This document shows, in pieces, positions 15,243 to 25,641 of a stretch of DNA of 56,784 nt. The DNA lies in contig CAYMES010000001.1 of NCBI GenBank assembly GCA_964389765.1, positions 6,786 to 63,569 of the forward strand, in the 5' to 3' direction. Positions within the stretch are counted from its first letter, which is position 1. Every line of letters begins with the position of its first letter. A program made the position numbers and the translations under genes. The stretch comes from Candidatus Woesearchaeota archaeon. GTDB lineage: Archaea; Nanobdellota; Nanobdellia; Pacearchaeales; GW2011-AR1. The notes under the pieces were generated by a model that saw nothing but the letters and a program-made list of their open reading frames with translations, did no database searches and had not been told where the DNA came from.

Positions 15243-17858
15243 ATGGATAAACAAAAATATAAAATTGCTAAAAAAAGAAATAAAAAAGAAATTAAACAAG
15301 AACTGGATCCTTTAGTTAAAGAGTGGTTTTTTTCAAGATTTAAAGATTTTTCTTTACCTCAGCTATATGGAGTTATGCCTATTTATGAAAGAAAGAATAT
15401 TCTTATAAGTGCTCCAACTGGAGGAACAAAAACTCTTACTGCTTTTTTATCCATTTTAAATTATTTAGTTAATTTAGCAAGAAAAAATGAATTAGAAGAT
15501 AAGATATATGCAGTTTATACTTCTCCTTTAAAGGCTTTAAGTAATGATATCCATGTTAATCTAGTTAGACCTTTAGAAGAAATCCAAGAAATTGCTAAAA
15601 ATAAAAAAATAAAACTTCAAAAAATAAAGGTAGCATTAAGAACTGGAGATACTCCTACAAAAGAAAGAAGTAAAATGTTAAAAAATCCTCCACATATTCT
15701 TGTCACAACTCCTGAAACTTTGGCAATTGTTTTAACAACAAAAAAATTTATAGAAAAATTAAAAGGAACTGAATTTATTATTGTAGATGAAATCCATGCT
15801 TTAGCTAATAAAAGGGGGACTTATCTTTCTTTAACTATTGAAAGATTAGAAGAAGCAAGCATAATGCCTTTAGTTAGAATAGGGCTTTCTGCAACTGTGG
15901 CTCCTTTAGAAGAAATTGCTAATTTTTTAGTTGGGCAATCAGGTGAAGAAAGAGATAAGAGGGATTGCATTATTGCTGATGTGCAATTTACAAAAAAAAC
16001 TGATATAAAGGTTTTAACACCTGTAACTGATCTTATTGAAACTACAAGTTTTAATTTGCATTCCTCTCTTTATAAACTAATAGATAATCTTATACAAAAA
16101 CATAAGACTACTTTAATTTTTACTAATACGAGAAGTGCTACTGAAAGAGTAGTTCATCATCTTCAAGAGATGTTTCCAAAAAAATATCTTGAGAATATTG
16201 GAGCCCATCATTCTTCTTTAAGTAAAAAACACAGATTTCAGATAGAAGAAAAATTAAGGAAAGGAGAGTTAAAAGTAGCAGTTACTTCTACAAGTTTAGA
16301 ATTAGGAATTGATATTGGTTATATTGATCTTGTAATTTTATTAGGAAGTCCAAAATCAGTAGCAAGAGCACTTCAAAGAATAGGTAGGGCTGGGCATAAA
16401 CTGCATGAAGTTGCTAAAGGAAGATTTATGGTTTTAGATAGAGATGATTTAATAGAGTGCTGTGTATTATCCAAACAAGCAATAGAAAAAAAGATTGATA
16501 GAGTAAGAATTCCAACAAATTGTCTGGATGTTTTAAGTCAACAGATTTATGGTATGGCAATTTATAAGATCTGGGAAGAGGAAGAGATGTTTAAACTTAT
16601 TAAAAAAAGTTATTGTTATAAAAATCTATCTAGACAAGATTTTTTAAGTGTTTTAAGTTATCTTGCAGGAGAATATGAATTAGAAGCAAGAAATGTTTAT
16701 GCTAAAATATGGTATGATAGAAATGAAAAAAAAATTGGAAAAAGGGGAAGATTAGCTAGGGTTATTTATATGACCAATATAGGGACAATTCCAGAAGAGT
16801 CTTTTGTTAATGTAGTCGTAGGTAGAGGGGATGGAAGAGGAGAAAAAGTAGGAGTTATAGATGAATCTTTTTTAGAAAAATTAAAACCAAGAGATGTTTT
16901 TGTTTTGGGAGGGAGGAGATATGAGTTTTTATATAGTAAAGGAATGAAAGCTTATGTTAATACAAGTGTTCAAAGACCTCCTACAATTCCTTCATGGTTT
17001 TCAGAACAGCTTCCTTTAAGTTTTGATTCTGCATTAGCTATTGGAAGATTTAGAAGACTTTTAGAACAGAAATTTGAAAGTAAGAAAAATGCAAAGGAAA
17101 TAAAGGAGTTTATTAAAAAGCATTTATATTGTACTGATAAAGTTACATTAGCCATCTATAATTATTTTTATGAACAATATGGTTATATTAAAAAAATTCC
17201 AAATGAAAAAAATATACTCATTGAATTTTATAAAGATAAAAAAAATCATGTTATTTTTCATACTCTTTATGGGAGAAGAGTTAACGATGCTTTATCAAGA
17301 GCTATAGCTTATCTTGTTGCAAGAACAGGAGGGAGGGATATTGAAATAGGGATAAATGATAATGGTTTTTTTCTTTCAGGTGAAAAATTAAAAATTGATA
17401 AAGCTTTGAAATTCCTGAATAAAGAAAATTTAGAAGAAGTTTTAGAAGAAGCTATTAAAAAAACAGAAGTTATGAAAAGAAGATTCAGGCACTGTGCTAC
17501 TCGTTCTTTAATGATATTGAGAAATTATAAAGGGAGGAGCAAAACAGTTGGAAAGCAACAGATGAAATCTCATTTTTTATTAGGGAGTGTAAATAAAATT
17601 TCTCAAGATTTTCCAATATTAAAAGAAGCAAGAAGAGAGGTTTTAGAAGATTTAATGGATATAAATAATACGAAACTAGTTTTAGAATGGATACAGGAAG
17701 GAAAAGTGAAGTTAGATAAAATCCATACAAATATTCCAAGTCCCTTTGCTTTAAATTTAATAATGCAGGGTTCTGCAGATTTATTAAAAATAGAAGATAA
17801 AATTAATTTTTTAAAAAGGATGCATGAAAAACATCTTAAAAAAATTGGAAAGGAATAA
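15243..17858 (+). CDS. lhr: Lhr-type ATP-dependent DEAD/DEAH-box helicase
   Basis: Motifs APTGGTKT (Walker A), VDEIH (motif II), LSAT, TSSLELGIDIG and QRIGRAGH, plus a long Lhr-type C-terminal extension. The ATG at 15243 is preferred over the TTG at 15237. Confidence 0.8.
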   Translation: MDKQKYKIAKKRNKKEIKQELDPLVKEWFFSRFKDFSLPQLYGVMPIYERKNILISAPTGGTKTLTAFLSILNYLVNLARKNELEDKIYAVYTSPLKALSNDIHVNLVRPLEEIQEIAKNKKIKLQKIKVALRTGDTPTKERSKMLKNPPHILVTTPETLAIVLTTKKFIEKLKGTEFIIVDEIHALANKRGTYLSLTIERLEEASIMPLVRIGLSATVAPLEEIANFLVGQSGEERDKRDCIIADVQFTKKTDIKVLTPVTDLIETTSFNLHSSLYKLIDNLIQKHKTTLIFTNTRSATERVVHHLQEMFPKKYLENIGAHHSSLSKKHRFQIEEKLRKGELKVAVTSTSLELGIDIGYIDLVILLGSPKSVARALQRIGRAGHKLHEVAKGRFMVLDRDDLIECCVLSKQAIEKKIDRVRIPTNCLDVLSQQIYGMAIYKIWEEEEMFKLIKKSYCYKNLSRQDFLSVLSYLAGEYELEARNVYAKIWYDRNEKKIGKRGRLARVIYMTNIGTIPEESFVNVVVGRGDGRGEKVGVIDESFLEKLKPRDVFVLGGRRYEFLYSKGMKAYVNTSVQRPPTIPSWFSEQLPLSFDSALAIGRFRRLLEQKFESKKNAKEIKEFIKKHLYCTDKVTLAIYNYFYEQYGYIKKIPNEKNILIEFYKDKKNHVIFHTLYGRRVNDALSRAIAYLVARTGGRDIEIGINDNGFFLSGEKLKIDKALKFLNKENLEEVLEEAIKKTEVMKRRFRHCATRSLMILRNYKGRSKTVGKQQMKSHFLLGSVNKISQDFPILKEARREVLEDLMDINNTKLVLEWIQEGKVKLDKIHTNIPSPFALNLIMQGSADLLKIEDKINFLKRMHEKHLKKIGKE

Positions 17859-17939
17859 TTTAGAAAATAGATTAGTTATTATGTTAAATATATTATAGAG
17901 TAGGATAAATAATAAATATGGGTTGTTTTTTTGAATTTT

Positions 17940-18911
17940 ATGGTATTTTATGAATGCGAAATTTTAGCTGATCCAGAAGGAAATGCTTGGAATTTTGCTA
18001 AAGAAGTTTATAATTATTTAAATAAAAAAAGTGATAGGTTTAATTTAAATGAGGTAGGTGTTAGTAGGTTTAATGATAAAGAAATGTTTGTAAAAATAAA
18101 GAATAATGTCAGAAGACATAATTGTTTTTATATTCATGATTCAAGCAAACACCCAGATATGTGGGCTTTTGAATTAAATTTAGTTAATGGCACTTTAAAA
18201 AATTCTTCTGCAAGAGAGATTATTGATGTTTTACCTTATTTAAAATTTTCAAGGCAAGATAGAAAAGACCAATCAAGAGTTCCAATAACTGCAAAAATAC
18301 TTGCTGATAGTATTGGAAAATATGGTGATGGTGTTTTAACTTTAGATGTTCATAATCCTTCTATTCAAGGTTTTTATGATGCTTGTTTTGATAATTTATA
18401 TAGTTTTCCCACAGTTGTGGAATATTTTAAACAAAATCATCCTAAAATCCTGGATGAATTTATTGTAGGAGCAACAGATGTTGGTGCTGGAAAACGTGCA
18501 AGAAGTTTTGCTAAAAGAGCGGGAATAGAAGAAATTGTTATTGGAGATAAAACAAGGGAAAAAGCAGGTAAGGTAAAAGAAATAAGATTATTGGGAAATG
18601 TAAAAGGGAAAGATGTATTAGTTATAGAAGATATAATAGATTCTGGAGGAACCCTAATAGAGTATAGTAAAAAATTAAAACAAGAAGGAGCAGGAACAAT
18701 AGTTGCATATGCAACACATGGAATTTTTTCTGAAGGTATTGATAAAATAACAGATAATCTTGATTTAATAGTTATAGGGGACACTATAATCGATCCAGAA
18801 ATTAAACATCCTAAAATAGAAAAAGTTTCTTTTAAGGGGTTGTTTGGAGAAGCAATATATAGGATTAGTGAAGGTCAAAGTTTAAGTATTTTATTTGATG
18901 ATGAAGAATGA
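17940..18911 (+). CDS. prs: Ribose-phosphate pyrophosphokinase (PRPP synthase)
   Basis: Contains the PRPP-binding loop VLVIEDIIDSGGTL, GATDVGAGKRA, and RQDRK in the flexible-loop region. Confidence 0.75.
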   Translation: MVFYECEILADPEGNAWNFAKEVYNYLNKKSDRFNLNEVGVSRFNDKEMFVKIKNNVRRHNCFYIHDSSKHPDMWAFELNLVNGTLKNSSAREIIDVLPYLKFSRQDRKDQSRVPITAKILADSIGKYGDGVLTLDVHNPSIQGFYDACFDNLYSFPTVVEYFKQNHPKILDEFIVGATDVGAGKRARSFAKRAGIEEIVIGDKTREKAGKVKEIRLLGNVKGKDVLVIEDIIDSGGTLIEYSKKLKQEGAGTIVAYATHGIFSEGIDKITDNLDLIVIGDTIIDPEIKHPKIEKVSFKGLFGEAIYRISEGQSLSILFDDEE

Positions 18912-18914
18912 GAT

Positions 18915-20111
18915 TCAAATCTCAAGTAATCTTTTTATAGCTGCAACACTCCATAACTGAAGATGACATCCAGAAGGATAGGGAACAGGTTTTTTATTTT
19001 TCTTTTTAATATAGAAATATTCTATAAATGGGGTTTCTATTTCATTTAAAGCTATAAATACTTTTTTTGCATTTTTAATAAGTTTTTGATTGTTGAATTT
19101 TTTTCCAGCAAGTGCTATATATGCTTGTTCCCAAGGCCAGATAACATCATACCACAACCATGAACTCTTTTTTTTGCTGTTTTTTGGAGGGATATAAGAA
19201 AGATATCCAAAAGGAGATTCTAATTTTTTAGATATTTGGTATATTCTTTTTAGTTTATTTTTTGGAATATCTTTTTTATTAAGATAATATAACATATGAA
19301 CCATATCAGAATAAATTCCTTTTAAAGGGCCTTTTTTATCTTTAGCTACTATTGGAAGATTAGATCTTTTGTCCCAGAAATCTTTAAAGATTGGATCTAA
19401 TGATTTGTCAGCTTTTTTATAAAGTTCTTCAGGAGAATAAGGTAATTTAGCTGGTTTTGATATTTTTGCTGCAGATCTAAATGCATCAACAAGTTGGGCT
19501 TGTAATAATAAATAAGAGGATGGGAAAGCTAATCTATAATTTTTTCTTCCTACTAATCCTCCATCTCTCCAATAAGTTGCTCTTAATGCATATTTATTTG
19601 CATGAACAGCATTGGGATTATCCCAAAAAACTCCTTTTTTCATATGTCTTATTATATAGTTTAAAGCAGCAGTTATATTTTGAGAATTTTTTCTTAAAAA
19701 AGATTTGTTTTTAGTGAGTTCATAATATTTTCTAAATCCTATTAAAAATAGGGCTGCTGTATCTGATGCATTATATTTTGTACTTCTTTTTCCAATCCAT
19801 ACTTCTGGATATTCATGTATAATTTTTCCAGGGCCTTCACCAGTTAGAGGGTCTTTCTTTTTTCCCTGAGTTAAAATACAGAACTCTAGAAGATTTTTGA
19901 GGTATTTTTTATTTTTTAATAAAAATACTGTATAAAAAGAATCTCTTGCAAAAAACCTAAAATAAGTTGGCGCTCTATGAGATTCTTGTCCAGATGCTGC
20001 ATATAATTTAAACTTCTTGCCTTTAAGTTTTAAAGGATAATTTAATTGTTTAAGTGCTTTTTTAATTGGTTTTTTAAATATTTTTTTAAGATCTTTATCT
20101 GTATTTGACAT
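18915..20111 (-). CDS. Amylo-alpha-1,6-glucosidase / glycogen-debranching-enzyme-like six-hairpin glycosidase
   Basis: FFARDSFYT, GKIIHEY, SDTAALFLIG and YWRDGG resemble the GDE_C family. The start is placed at Met46 (ATG 20111), which removes the overlap with the divergent 20182 gene. Confidence 0.55.
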   Translation of the reverse strand: MSNTDKDLKKIFKKPIKKALKQLNYPLKLKGKKFKLYAASGQESHRAPTYFRFFARDSFYTVFLLKNKKYLKNLLEFCILTQGKKKDPLTGEGPGKIIHEYPEVWIGKRSTKYNASDTAALFLIGFRKYYELTKNKSFLRKNSQNITAALNYIIRHMKKGVFWDNPNAVHANKYALRATYWRDGGLVGRKNYRLAFPSSYLLLQAQLVDAFRSAAKISKPAKLPYSPEELYKKADKSLDPIFKDFWDKRSNLPIVAKDKKGPLKGIYSDMVHMLYYLNKKDIPKNKLKRIYQISKKLESPFGYLSYIPPKNSKKKSSWLWYDVIWPWEQAYIALAGKKFNNQKLIKNAKKVFIALNEIETPFIEYFYIKKKNKKPVPYPSGCHLQLWSVAAIKRLLEI

Positions 20112-20181
20112 TTTCCTCTTTTTTGGTTTATTTTTAAATAAAAGGAAAAAGATTTTATATAAATGTTTTCCTTGTTTTATT

Positions 20182-20928
20182 ATGGAAATAAAAAAATTAG
20201 AATTTTTAAATAAAGTCTTATTAATTAATATAAATAACAAAAACAATAAAAAGATTTTAGTTTTAGGAGATTTACATATTGGATGGGAAGAGTCTCTAAA
20301 TAAAGCAGGAATATTTATACCTAGAATGCAGTTTAAACAAACTTTAAACGAACTTAAAAAAATTTTTAATAATGTGGTGGATAAACATAAAAAAATTGAT
20401 GAGATAGTTATTGTAGGGGATTTAAAACATGAATTTGGAACAATAAGTAAGCAGGAATGGCAAGAAACAGAAAAGATACTTGATTTTTTCGAAAGATATA
20501 CGAAAAAAATAATTCTTATTAAAGGGAATCATGACACAATTTTAGAACCAATTATAAAAAGAAAAGAACTAAAAATAAGAGATTTTTATAAAAAGGATGG
20601 AATTTGTTTTTTACATGGGCATAAAGTATTTTCTGAATGTTTAGATAAGAATGTAAGGATGTTAGTTTTAGGGCACAGACATCCTGCTGTTAATTTACAT
20701 GATAAGTATAAAAAAGAAAAATATAAATGTTTTTTAGTTGGAAAATGGAAAAAAAAGAAAATTATTATATTGCCTAGTTTTTTTCCTTTTATTGAAGGAA
20801 GTGATGTTGTAAACATAGAAGATAATAGAATGTTTATTCCTGAAACAAAGCTAAAGAATTTTGAAGCATATGTTGTAGGAGATGATGAGAAAGTATATAG
20901 GTTTGGAAAATTAAAAAATCTTATTTAG
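20182..20928 (+). CDS. Metallophosphoesterase (archaeal MJ0037-like)
   Basis: Contains VLGDLHIG, VGDLKHEF, KGNHD, LHGH and GHRHP. Confidence 0.7.
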   Translation: MEIKKLEFLNKVLLININNKNNKKILVLGDLHIGWEESLNKAGIFIPRMQFKQTLNELKKIFNNVVDKHKKIDEIVIVGDLKHEFGTISKQEWQETEKILDFFERYTKKIILIKGNHDTILEPIIKRKELKIRDFYKKDGICFLHGHKVFSECLDKNVRMLVLGHRHPAVNLHDKYKKEKYKCFLVGKWKKKKIIILPSFFPFIEGSDVVNIEDNRMFIPETKLKNFEAYVVGDDEKVYRFGKLKNLI

Positions 20929-20989
20929 AAGATTTAAATGATTATTTAAGAATAATAAAATATAAATAGTTGTTTTACTTAATTGTTTC

Positions 20990-21343
20990 ATGGGATTGAT
21001 AGATAAGTTTAAAGAATCTGTAATTGGGGGGCAGAATTTGTATGTTTTTGAAAATGGAGTTTTATATGCTTTTAACCCTTCACAAGAAGATATTAGAAAA
21101 GGGAAAAAAGGAGAAGATTTAGCAGAAAATATTGCTTCAGATGGTTATGGGATTTGTAAAAAAGTAAAAGTTATGAATGTAGATTATATAGAACTTCCTA
21201 AAAATCTTAAAAGAAGATTAGATGATTATGATGAGATTGATGTAAGGGAGATAAGACATGTTCATAGAGATGATTTTTCAAGACTCAAAGAGGAATTAAG
21301 AAAAAAATTAAAAAGATCTATTGGAAAGGTTAAAATCAGTTAG
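20990..21343 (+). CDS. Hypothetical protein
   Basis: 117-aa ORF. No family recognised. Confidence 0.4.
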   Translation: MGLIDKFKESVIGGQNLYVFENGVLYAFNPSQEDIRKGKKGEDLAENIASDGYGICKKVKVMNVDYIELPKNLKRRLDDYDEIDVREIRHVHRDDFSRLKEELRKKLKRSIGKVKIS

Positions 21344-21379
21344 TTCTTAAATATAATTCTAATAATAAAATTATTTTAA

Positions 21380-21790
21380 TTAACCAGCATAATTTGCCTG
21401 TCTTTGTTTAGAAATTTTAGGTAGTGGAATATGGGGTGGAAGTCCAAAATCTTCTTCTAATTGAAGAGCTTTTATATTGCATTTTGACATTATAAAATTG
21501 AAAACAGGTATTTTAATCTCTTGGGAGATTTTCTTTTTTTTCCATTCTTTTAAAACTTTTTTGATATCGTCTGGTATAAATAATAAATTTCCTTCAAAAA
21601 CAATTTCTGCTATTTTAGGAGAGTAGTTTATAGAATATTTAAAAGAAATCCTTAATACCTCGCCTGCTATATCAATTTTTTCTTTTTTTATTTCAGGGAT
21701 ATCTACATTTGTATTTATCTGAACTTGTCCTTTTTTTTGTTCTTTTCTTTCTATATTTATTTTTCTAAAATTAAATCCTATTATCTTCAT
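21380..21790 (-). CDS. Hypothetical protein
   Basis: 136-aa ORF. No family recognised. Confidence 0.45.
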   Translation of the reverse strand: MKIIGFNFRKINIERKEQKKGQVQINTNVDIPEIKKEKIDIAGEVLRISFKYSINYSPKIAEIVFEGNLLFIPDDIKKVLKEWKKKKISQEIKIPVFNFIMSKCNIKALQLEEDFGLPPHIPLPKISKQRQANYAG

Positions 21791-22176
21791 TTTATTGGAA
21801 TATATGTTCTTTTTATTTGTTTAAGAAAAAGATAGAGTTTAAAAATATTTGTATATTGAAATATAAGATATGGGAACAAATACCTAATAGAATTGAAAGG
21901 ATATAGATTAAAGATAATAATTATTTTATGATTTGTTTTGATTTTTCTAAAAATTTTCAGATATATAAGGAATTTTATGAATAATAGAGATAGGTAATGG
22001 GAAATATCTTTTTTCCAAATTTCATAACTTTATAAGGGGTTAAGGTATTTATACTTAGGAAATTTAAATATTCTTATATAAATTCAATAATTTTTTTAAA
22101 TAGTGTTTTAAAAAGTATAAGAAAAAATAGGTTAAAAATTATTGATTAAAGAAGAGCTTTAAAATAATTTTATTAT

Positions 22177-22437
22177 TTAAATTAAATCTTCTTCACTTAC
22201 TACTACAAAATCTCCTACAGCAACAATTGCACTATAAGGGATTAAGATTTCTTCTTGTTTAGATTTTTCTATATTTAAGTTTCTTGTATAAGGTGTAGGA
22301 TCTTTTAAAATTATATTAATTAGTTCTCCGCTTCTTGTTTCAAAATTAATGTCATTAACTACCCCCAATCTCTTACCTTCTTTTGTAACAACTAATTTCC
22401 CAAGAATTTTTCTAAAAGGTTTCTTTTCTATAGCCAT
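22177..22437 (-). CDS. PRC-barrel domain protein
   Basis: ILGKLVVTKEGKRLGVVNDINFETRSGELINIIL ... IPYSAIVAVGDFVVV is the typical PRC-barrel pattern. Confidence 0.65.
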   Translation of the reverse strand: MAIEKKPFRKILGKLVVTKEGKRLGVVNDINFETRSGELINIILKDPTPYTRNLNIEKSKQEEILIPYSAIVAVGDFVVVSEEDLI

Positions 22438-22499
22438 TATTTAAAGGAGATTTAAATAATTTATAAACTTTTCTATAAATTTTTATTAAGATGAAGTGA

Positions 22500-22840
22500 T
22501 AAGACCTACCCCTTTATTTCTAATGGGAAAGATTTATAAATGAAAAACAGGCTTTTATTATTTTATTATTTTATTTATAAGTTTTATTATATTATATTAT
22601 ATTATATTATATTATATATAATCAAAAATATTTATTATATTATATTGTTTTTTATTTCTATAAGAAATGTAGGTGTATTTATTTTTTTGTGATTACAAAA
22701 GATTATAAAGATCTATTTTTTGATTACGAGAGTTAGGATGGGGGCTAAAAATTTTTGCATAAGAAATACAGGTGTGTATGTATATGATGAATTATAAGAA
22801 AATTTATAAAAGGAGAGTTTTTTTAACTAATGCTTTATTT
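22500..22840. other. Candidate replication origin (oriC) immediately upstream of orc1/cdc6
   Basis: An AT-only tract with (ATTAT)6 is bracketed by a C4 string (22509-22512) and a G5 string (22740-22744) in opposite orientation. Direct repeats TAAGAAAT(GT/AC)AGGTGT lie at 22661-22676 and 22760-22775. TTTT(G)TGATTAC(A/G)A(A/G)AG is repeated, with its GATTAC cores at 22691 and 22722. Adjacency to orc1 and PolD matches the known Pyrococcus arrangement. Confidence 0.55.
22586..22615. repeat. (ATTAT)6 pentanucleotide microsatellite; a further 2.6 units at 22634-22646
   Basis: Counted directly. Confidence 0.95.
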
Positions 22841-22857
22841 TGAGAGGTGTTAAAAAG

Positions 22858-24057
22858 ATGGCTGTTAAATTAGATAAAATATTTGATTCTGCAACAAAGA
22901 ACAATTTATTTAAAAATAAATTTGTTTTACAAACTAATTATACTCCTGAAACAATTCCTCATAGGGATGATGAGATAGAACAAATAGCTTCTATTTTAGC
23001 TCCTTGTTTAAGAGGGGATAAGACTAGTAATTTATTTGTTTATGGAAAAACAGGGACAGGGAAAACTCTTTCAATACAATATGTAAAAGATGAATTATTA
23101 AAAAGAGCTAAAAGTAATAATTCTTCTCTTAGGATAGAGTATTTAAATTGTAAGTTAAGAAAAGTTACAGATACAGAATATAGAATTTTAGCTGAGTTAA
23201 TTAAAAAATTAGGAGGGAGTGTGCCTGCTACTGGTTTGCCTACTGACCAAGTTTATGGAAAGTTTATAGATTTAATTGAAGAAAAAAACCAGTTATTAGT
23301 TTTGGTTTTAGATGAAGTTGATCAAGCAGTTAAAAAAATTTCAGATAATTTCCTTTATAATTTAACAAGGCTTAATTCAGAACTTGGAAAAGCACAAATA
23401 AGTTTAGTTGGGATTAGTAATGACTTAAGGTTTTTAGATAATCTTGATCCTAGAGTAAGAAGCAGTTTAAGTGAGGAAGAACTTATTTTTTCCCCATATA
23501 ATGCTATTCAATTACAAGATATTTTAAAAGAAAGAGCACAACAAGCTTTTCATAGAAATTCAATAGATGAAGGGGTTATTGAGAAATGTGCTGCTTATGC
23601 TGCAAGAGAACATGGAGATGCTAGAAGAGCTTTGGATTTATTGAGGGTGGCTGGAGAAATGGCTGCAAGAGAAGGAAATAATAAAATAAAATTAAAACAT
23701 ATAGATATTGCAAATAATAAAATAGAAAGAGATAAAATATTGGATGTAGTAGAATCAGAACCAAGACAGTTTCAACTAGTTTTGTTGTCAATACTTAATT
23801 TAACAAAAGATGGAGAGAAGGTTTTTACTGGAGATGTGTATAGTGAGTATCAGAATATATGCAATAAAATAAAGATGGATATTTTAACTCAGAGAAGAGT
23901 TTCAAGCATAATTAGTGAATTTGATATGTTGGGGCTGATTAATGCAAGGAATATTTCTAGAGGAAGTTATGGAAAAACAAGAGAAATAAGGTCTGCTATT
24001 CCTAAAGAAATATTTAAACAAGCTAAAAATATATTGGAAAATTCTTTAGCTTTGTAA
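22858..24057 (+). CDS. orc1: Orc1/Cdc6 replication initiator
   Basis: Contains the HR(D/E)xE motif region (IPHRDDEIEQI), Walker A (YGKTGTGKT), Walker B (LVLDEVD), sensor-2 (GDARRALDLLR) and a C-terminal winged helix. The ATG at 22858 is preceded by GAGGTG. Confidence 0.9.
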   Translation: MAVKLDKIFDSATKNNLFKNKFVLQTNYTPETIPHRDDEIEQIASILAPCLRGDKTSNLFVYGKTGTGKTLSIQYVKDELLKRAKSNNSSLRIEYLNCKLRKVTDTEYRILAELIKKLGGSVPATGLPTDQVYGKFIDLIEEKNQLLVLVLDEVDQAVKKISDNFLYNLTRLNSELGKAQISLVGISNDLRFLDNLDPRVRSSLSEEELIFSPYNAIQLQDILKERAQQAFHRNSIDEGVIEKCAAYAAREHGDARRALDLLRVAGEMAAREGNNKIKLKHIDIANNKIERDKILDVVESEPRQFQLVLLSILNLTKDGEKVFTGDVYSEYQNICNKIKMDILTQRRVSSIISEFDMLGLINARNISRGSYGKTREIRSAIPKEIFKQAKNILENSLAL

Positions 24058-24074
24058 ATTAATTTATTTTTAAA

Positions 24075-25640
24075 ATGCAACAAGAAATTTTAAAATTTTG
24101 TATGGAAAAAGGCTTTCTTTTAGATAAAGAAATGTTAGATTTTTTTAATCAGTTAGATGATAAAAAAACAGCTGACAGAATCCTTGAAAAGATAAGGCAG
24201 GTTTCAAGTAAAAGATTAATAACAAAATCAGTATTTAACCAAAATATAAATCATATTAAGGAAGTTTTATATTCTTTGGAAGATGATAAAAAGAAAGTTG
24301 TAGAGAGATTTTTTATTAATCTTAATTTAAGTGTGGAAGTTAGAAAAGAAAAATATGTTGATAACACAGGATCTGAAAAAGCAAAAGAAGAAAAACAAGA
24401 AGATGAAGAAAATTCATCAAATAATCTTAAAATAATAAGTCCCAGTATAGTTCCTGCTAAAAAATTAAAAGTAGAGGATTTTGTTAAAAATTTTAGGAAC
24501 AGGTATAAAGAGATGAAAAGTGTTTTACAAGAAAGAAGAGAGTTACAAAATTTAACTTCTATTTCTAACATAAATAGGAGAAAACAGAATGTTTCGGTTA
24601 TAAGTATTGTTACTAATAAAAGAACTACAAAAAATAAAAATATATTATTAGAAATAGAAGATTTAACTGGAAAAAGTAGGGCTTTAATTAACCAGAATAA
24701 ACCAGAATTATTTGAAAAAGGAAAGGATATTTTACTAGATGAAATTATTGGTTTAAGGTGTAGTGGAAGTGGGGAGATGCTTTTTGTTAATGATATTGTT
24801 TATCCAGATGCTGCAATTCATGAAAAAAAGAAAGCAGATAAAGAAACATATGCCTTGTTTACTTCAGATTTGCATATAGGAAGTAATTTTTTTTTACAAG
24901 ACAATTTTGAAAAATTTACAGATTGGTTAAATGGGGAACTAAATTATAAAGATCAAGTTAAAAAAATTAAATATCTTTTTATTACAGGAGATGGTGTTGA
25001 TGGTGTGGGAATTTTTCCAGGACAAGAAGAATTCTTAGATATAAAAGATGTTAAAGAACAATATAAAAAACTAGCTGAATTATTAAAAAAAATAAGAAAA
25101 GATGTAAGAATAATTATATGTCCGGGACAGCATGATGCTGTCAGGGTTGCTGAGCCCCAACCAATTATAGACAAATCTTATGCCCCAGAAATTCATGAGA
25201 TGGAAAATGTAAACCTTGTTACAAATCCTGCTTATGTTTCATTAACTGAAGGATTTAATATTTTAATGTATCATGGAGCAAGTTTCCATGGAATTATTAG
25301 GGACATGGAGAGATTAAGATTAAATGGAGGACATGATAAACCTGCAAATGTAGTTAAAGAATTATTAAAAAGAAGACATCTTGCACCTTCACATGCATCT
25401 ACTACTTATATTCCTGGGGAAAGAGATCCTTTATTAATAAGAAAAATTCCAGATATAATAACTACAGGAGATTTACATAAACCAGATATTGAGAATTATA
25501 ATAATATAATGATAATTTCTAATTCTTGTTGGCAAGCAAGAACTCCTTTTGAAGAAAAAGTAGGAAATCATCCAGATCCATGTAAGGTTTCCATGTTAAA
25601 TTTAAAAACAAGAGAACTTAAGATTCTTGATTTTTCTTAA
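24075..25640 (+). CDS. polB: DNA polymerase II (PolD) small subunit DP1
   Basis: The C-terminal phosphoesterase domain has SDLHIGS, ITGDGVDG, PGQHDA, YHGAS and TGDLH. The OB region is upstream, and the N-terminus is DP1-like. Confidence 0.85.
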   Translation: MQQEILKFCMEKGFLLDKEMLDFFNQLDDKKTADRILEKIRQVSSKRLITKSVFNQNINHIKEVLYSLEDDKKKVVERFFINLNLSVEVRKEKYVDNTGSEKAKEEKQEDEENSSNNLKIISPSIVPAKKLKVEDFVKNFRNRYKEMKSVLQERRELQNLTSISNINRRKQNVSVISIVTNKRTTKNKNILLEIEDLTGKSRALINQNKPELFEKGKDILLDEIIGLRCSGSGEMLFVNDIVYPDAAIHEKKKADKETYALFTSDLHIGSNFFLQDNFEKFTDWLNGELNYKDQVKKIKYLFITGDGVDGVGIFPGQEEFLDIKDVKEQYKKLAELLKKIRKDVRIIICPGQHDAVRVAEPQPIIDKSYAPEIHEMENVNLVTNPAYVSLTEGFNILMYHGASFHGIIRDMERLRLNGGHDKPANVVKELLKRRHLAPSHASTTYIPGERDPLLIRKIPDIITTGDLHKPDIENYNNIMIISNSCWQARTPFEEKVGNHPDPCKVSMLNLKTRELKILDFS

Positions 25641-25641
25641 A

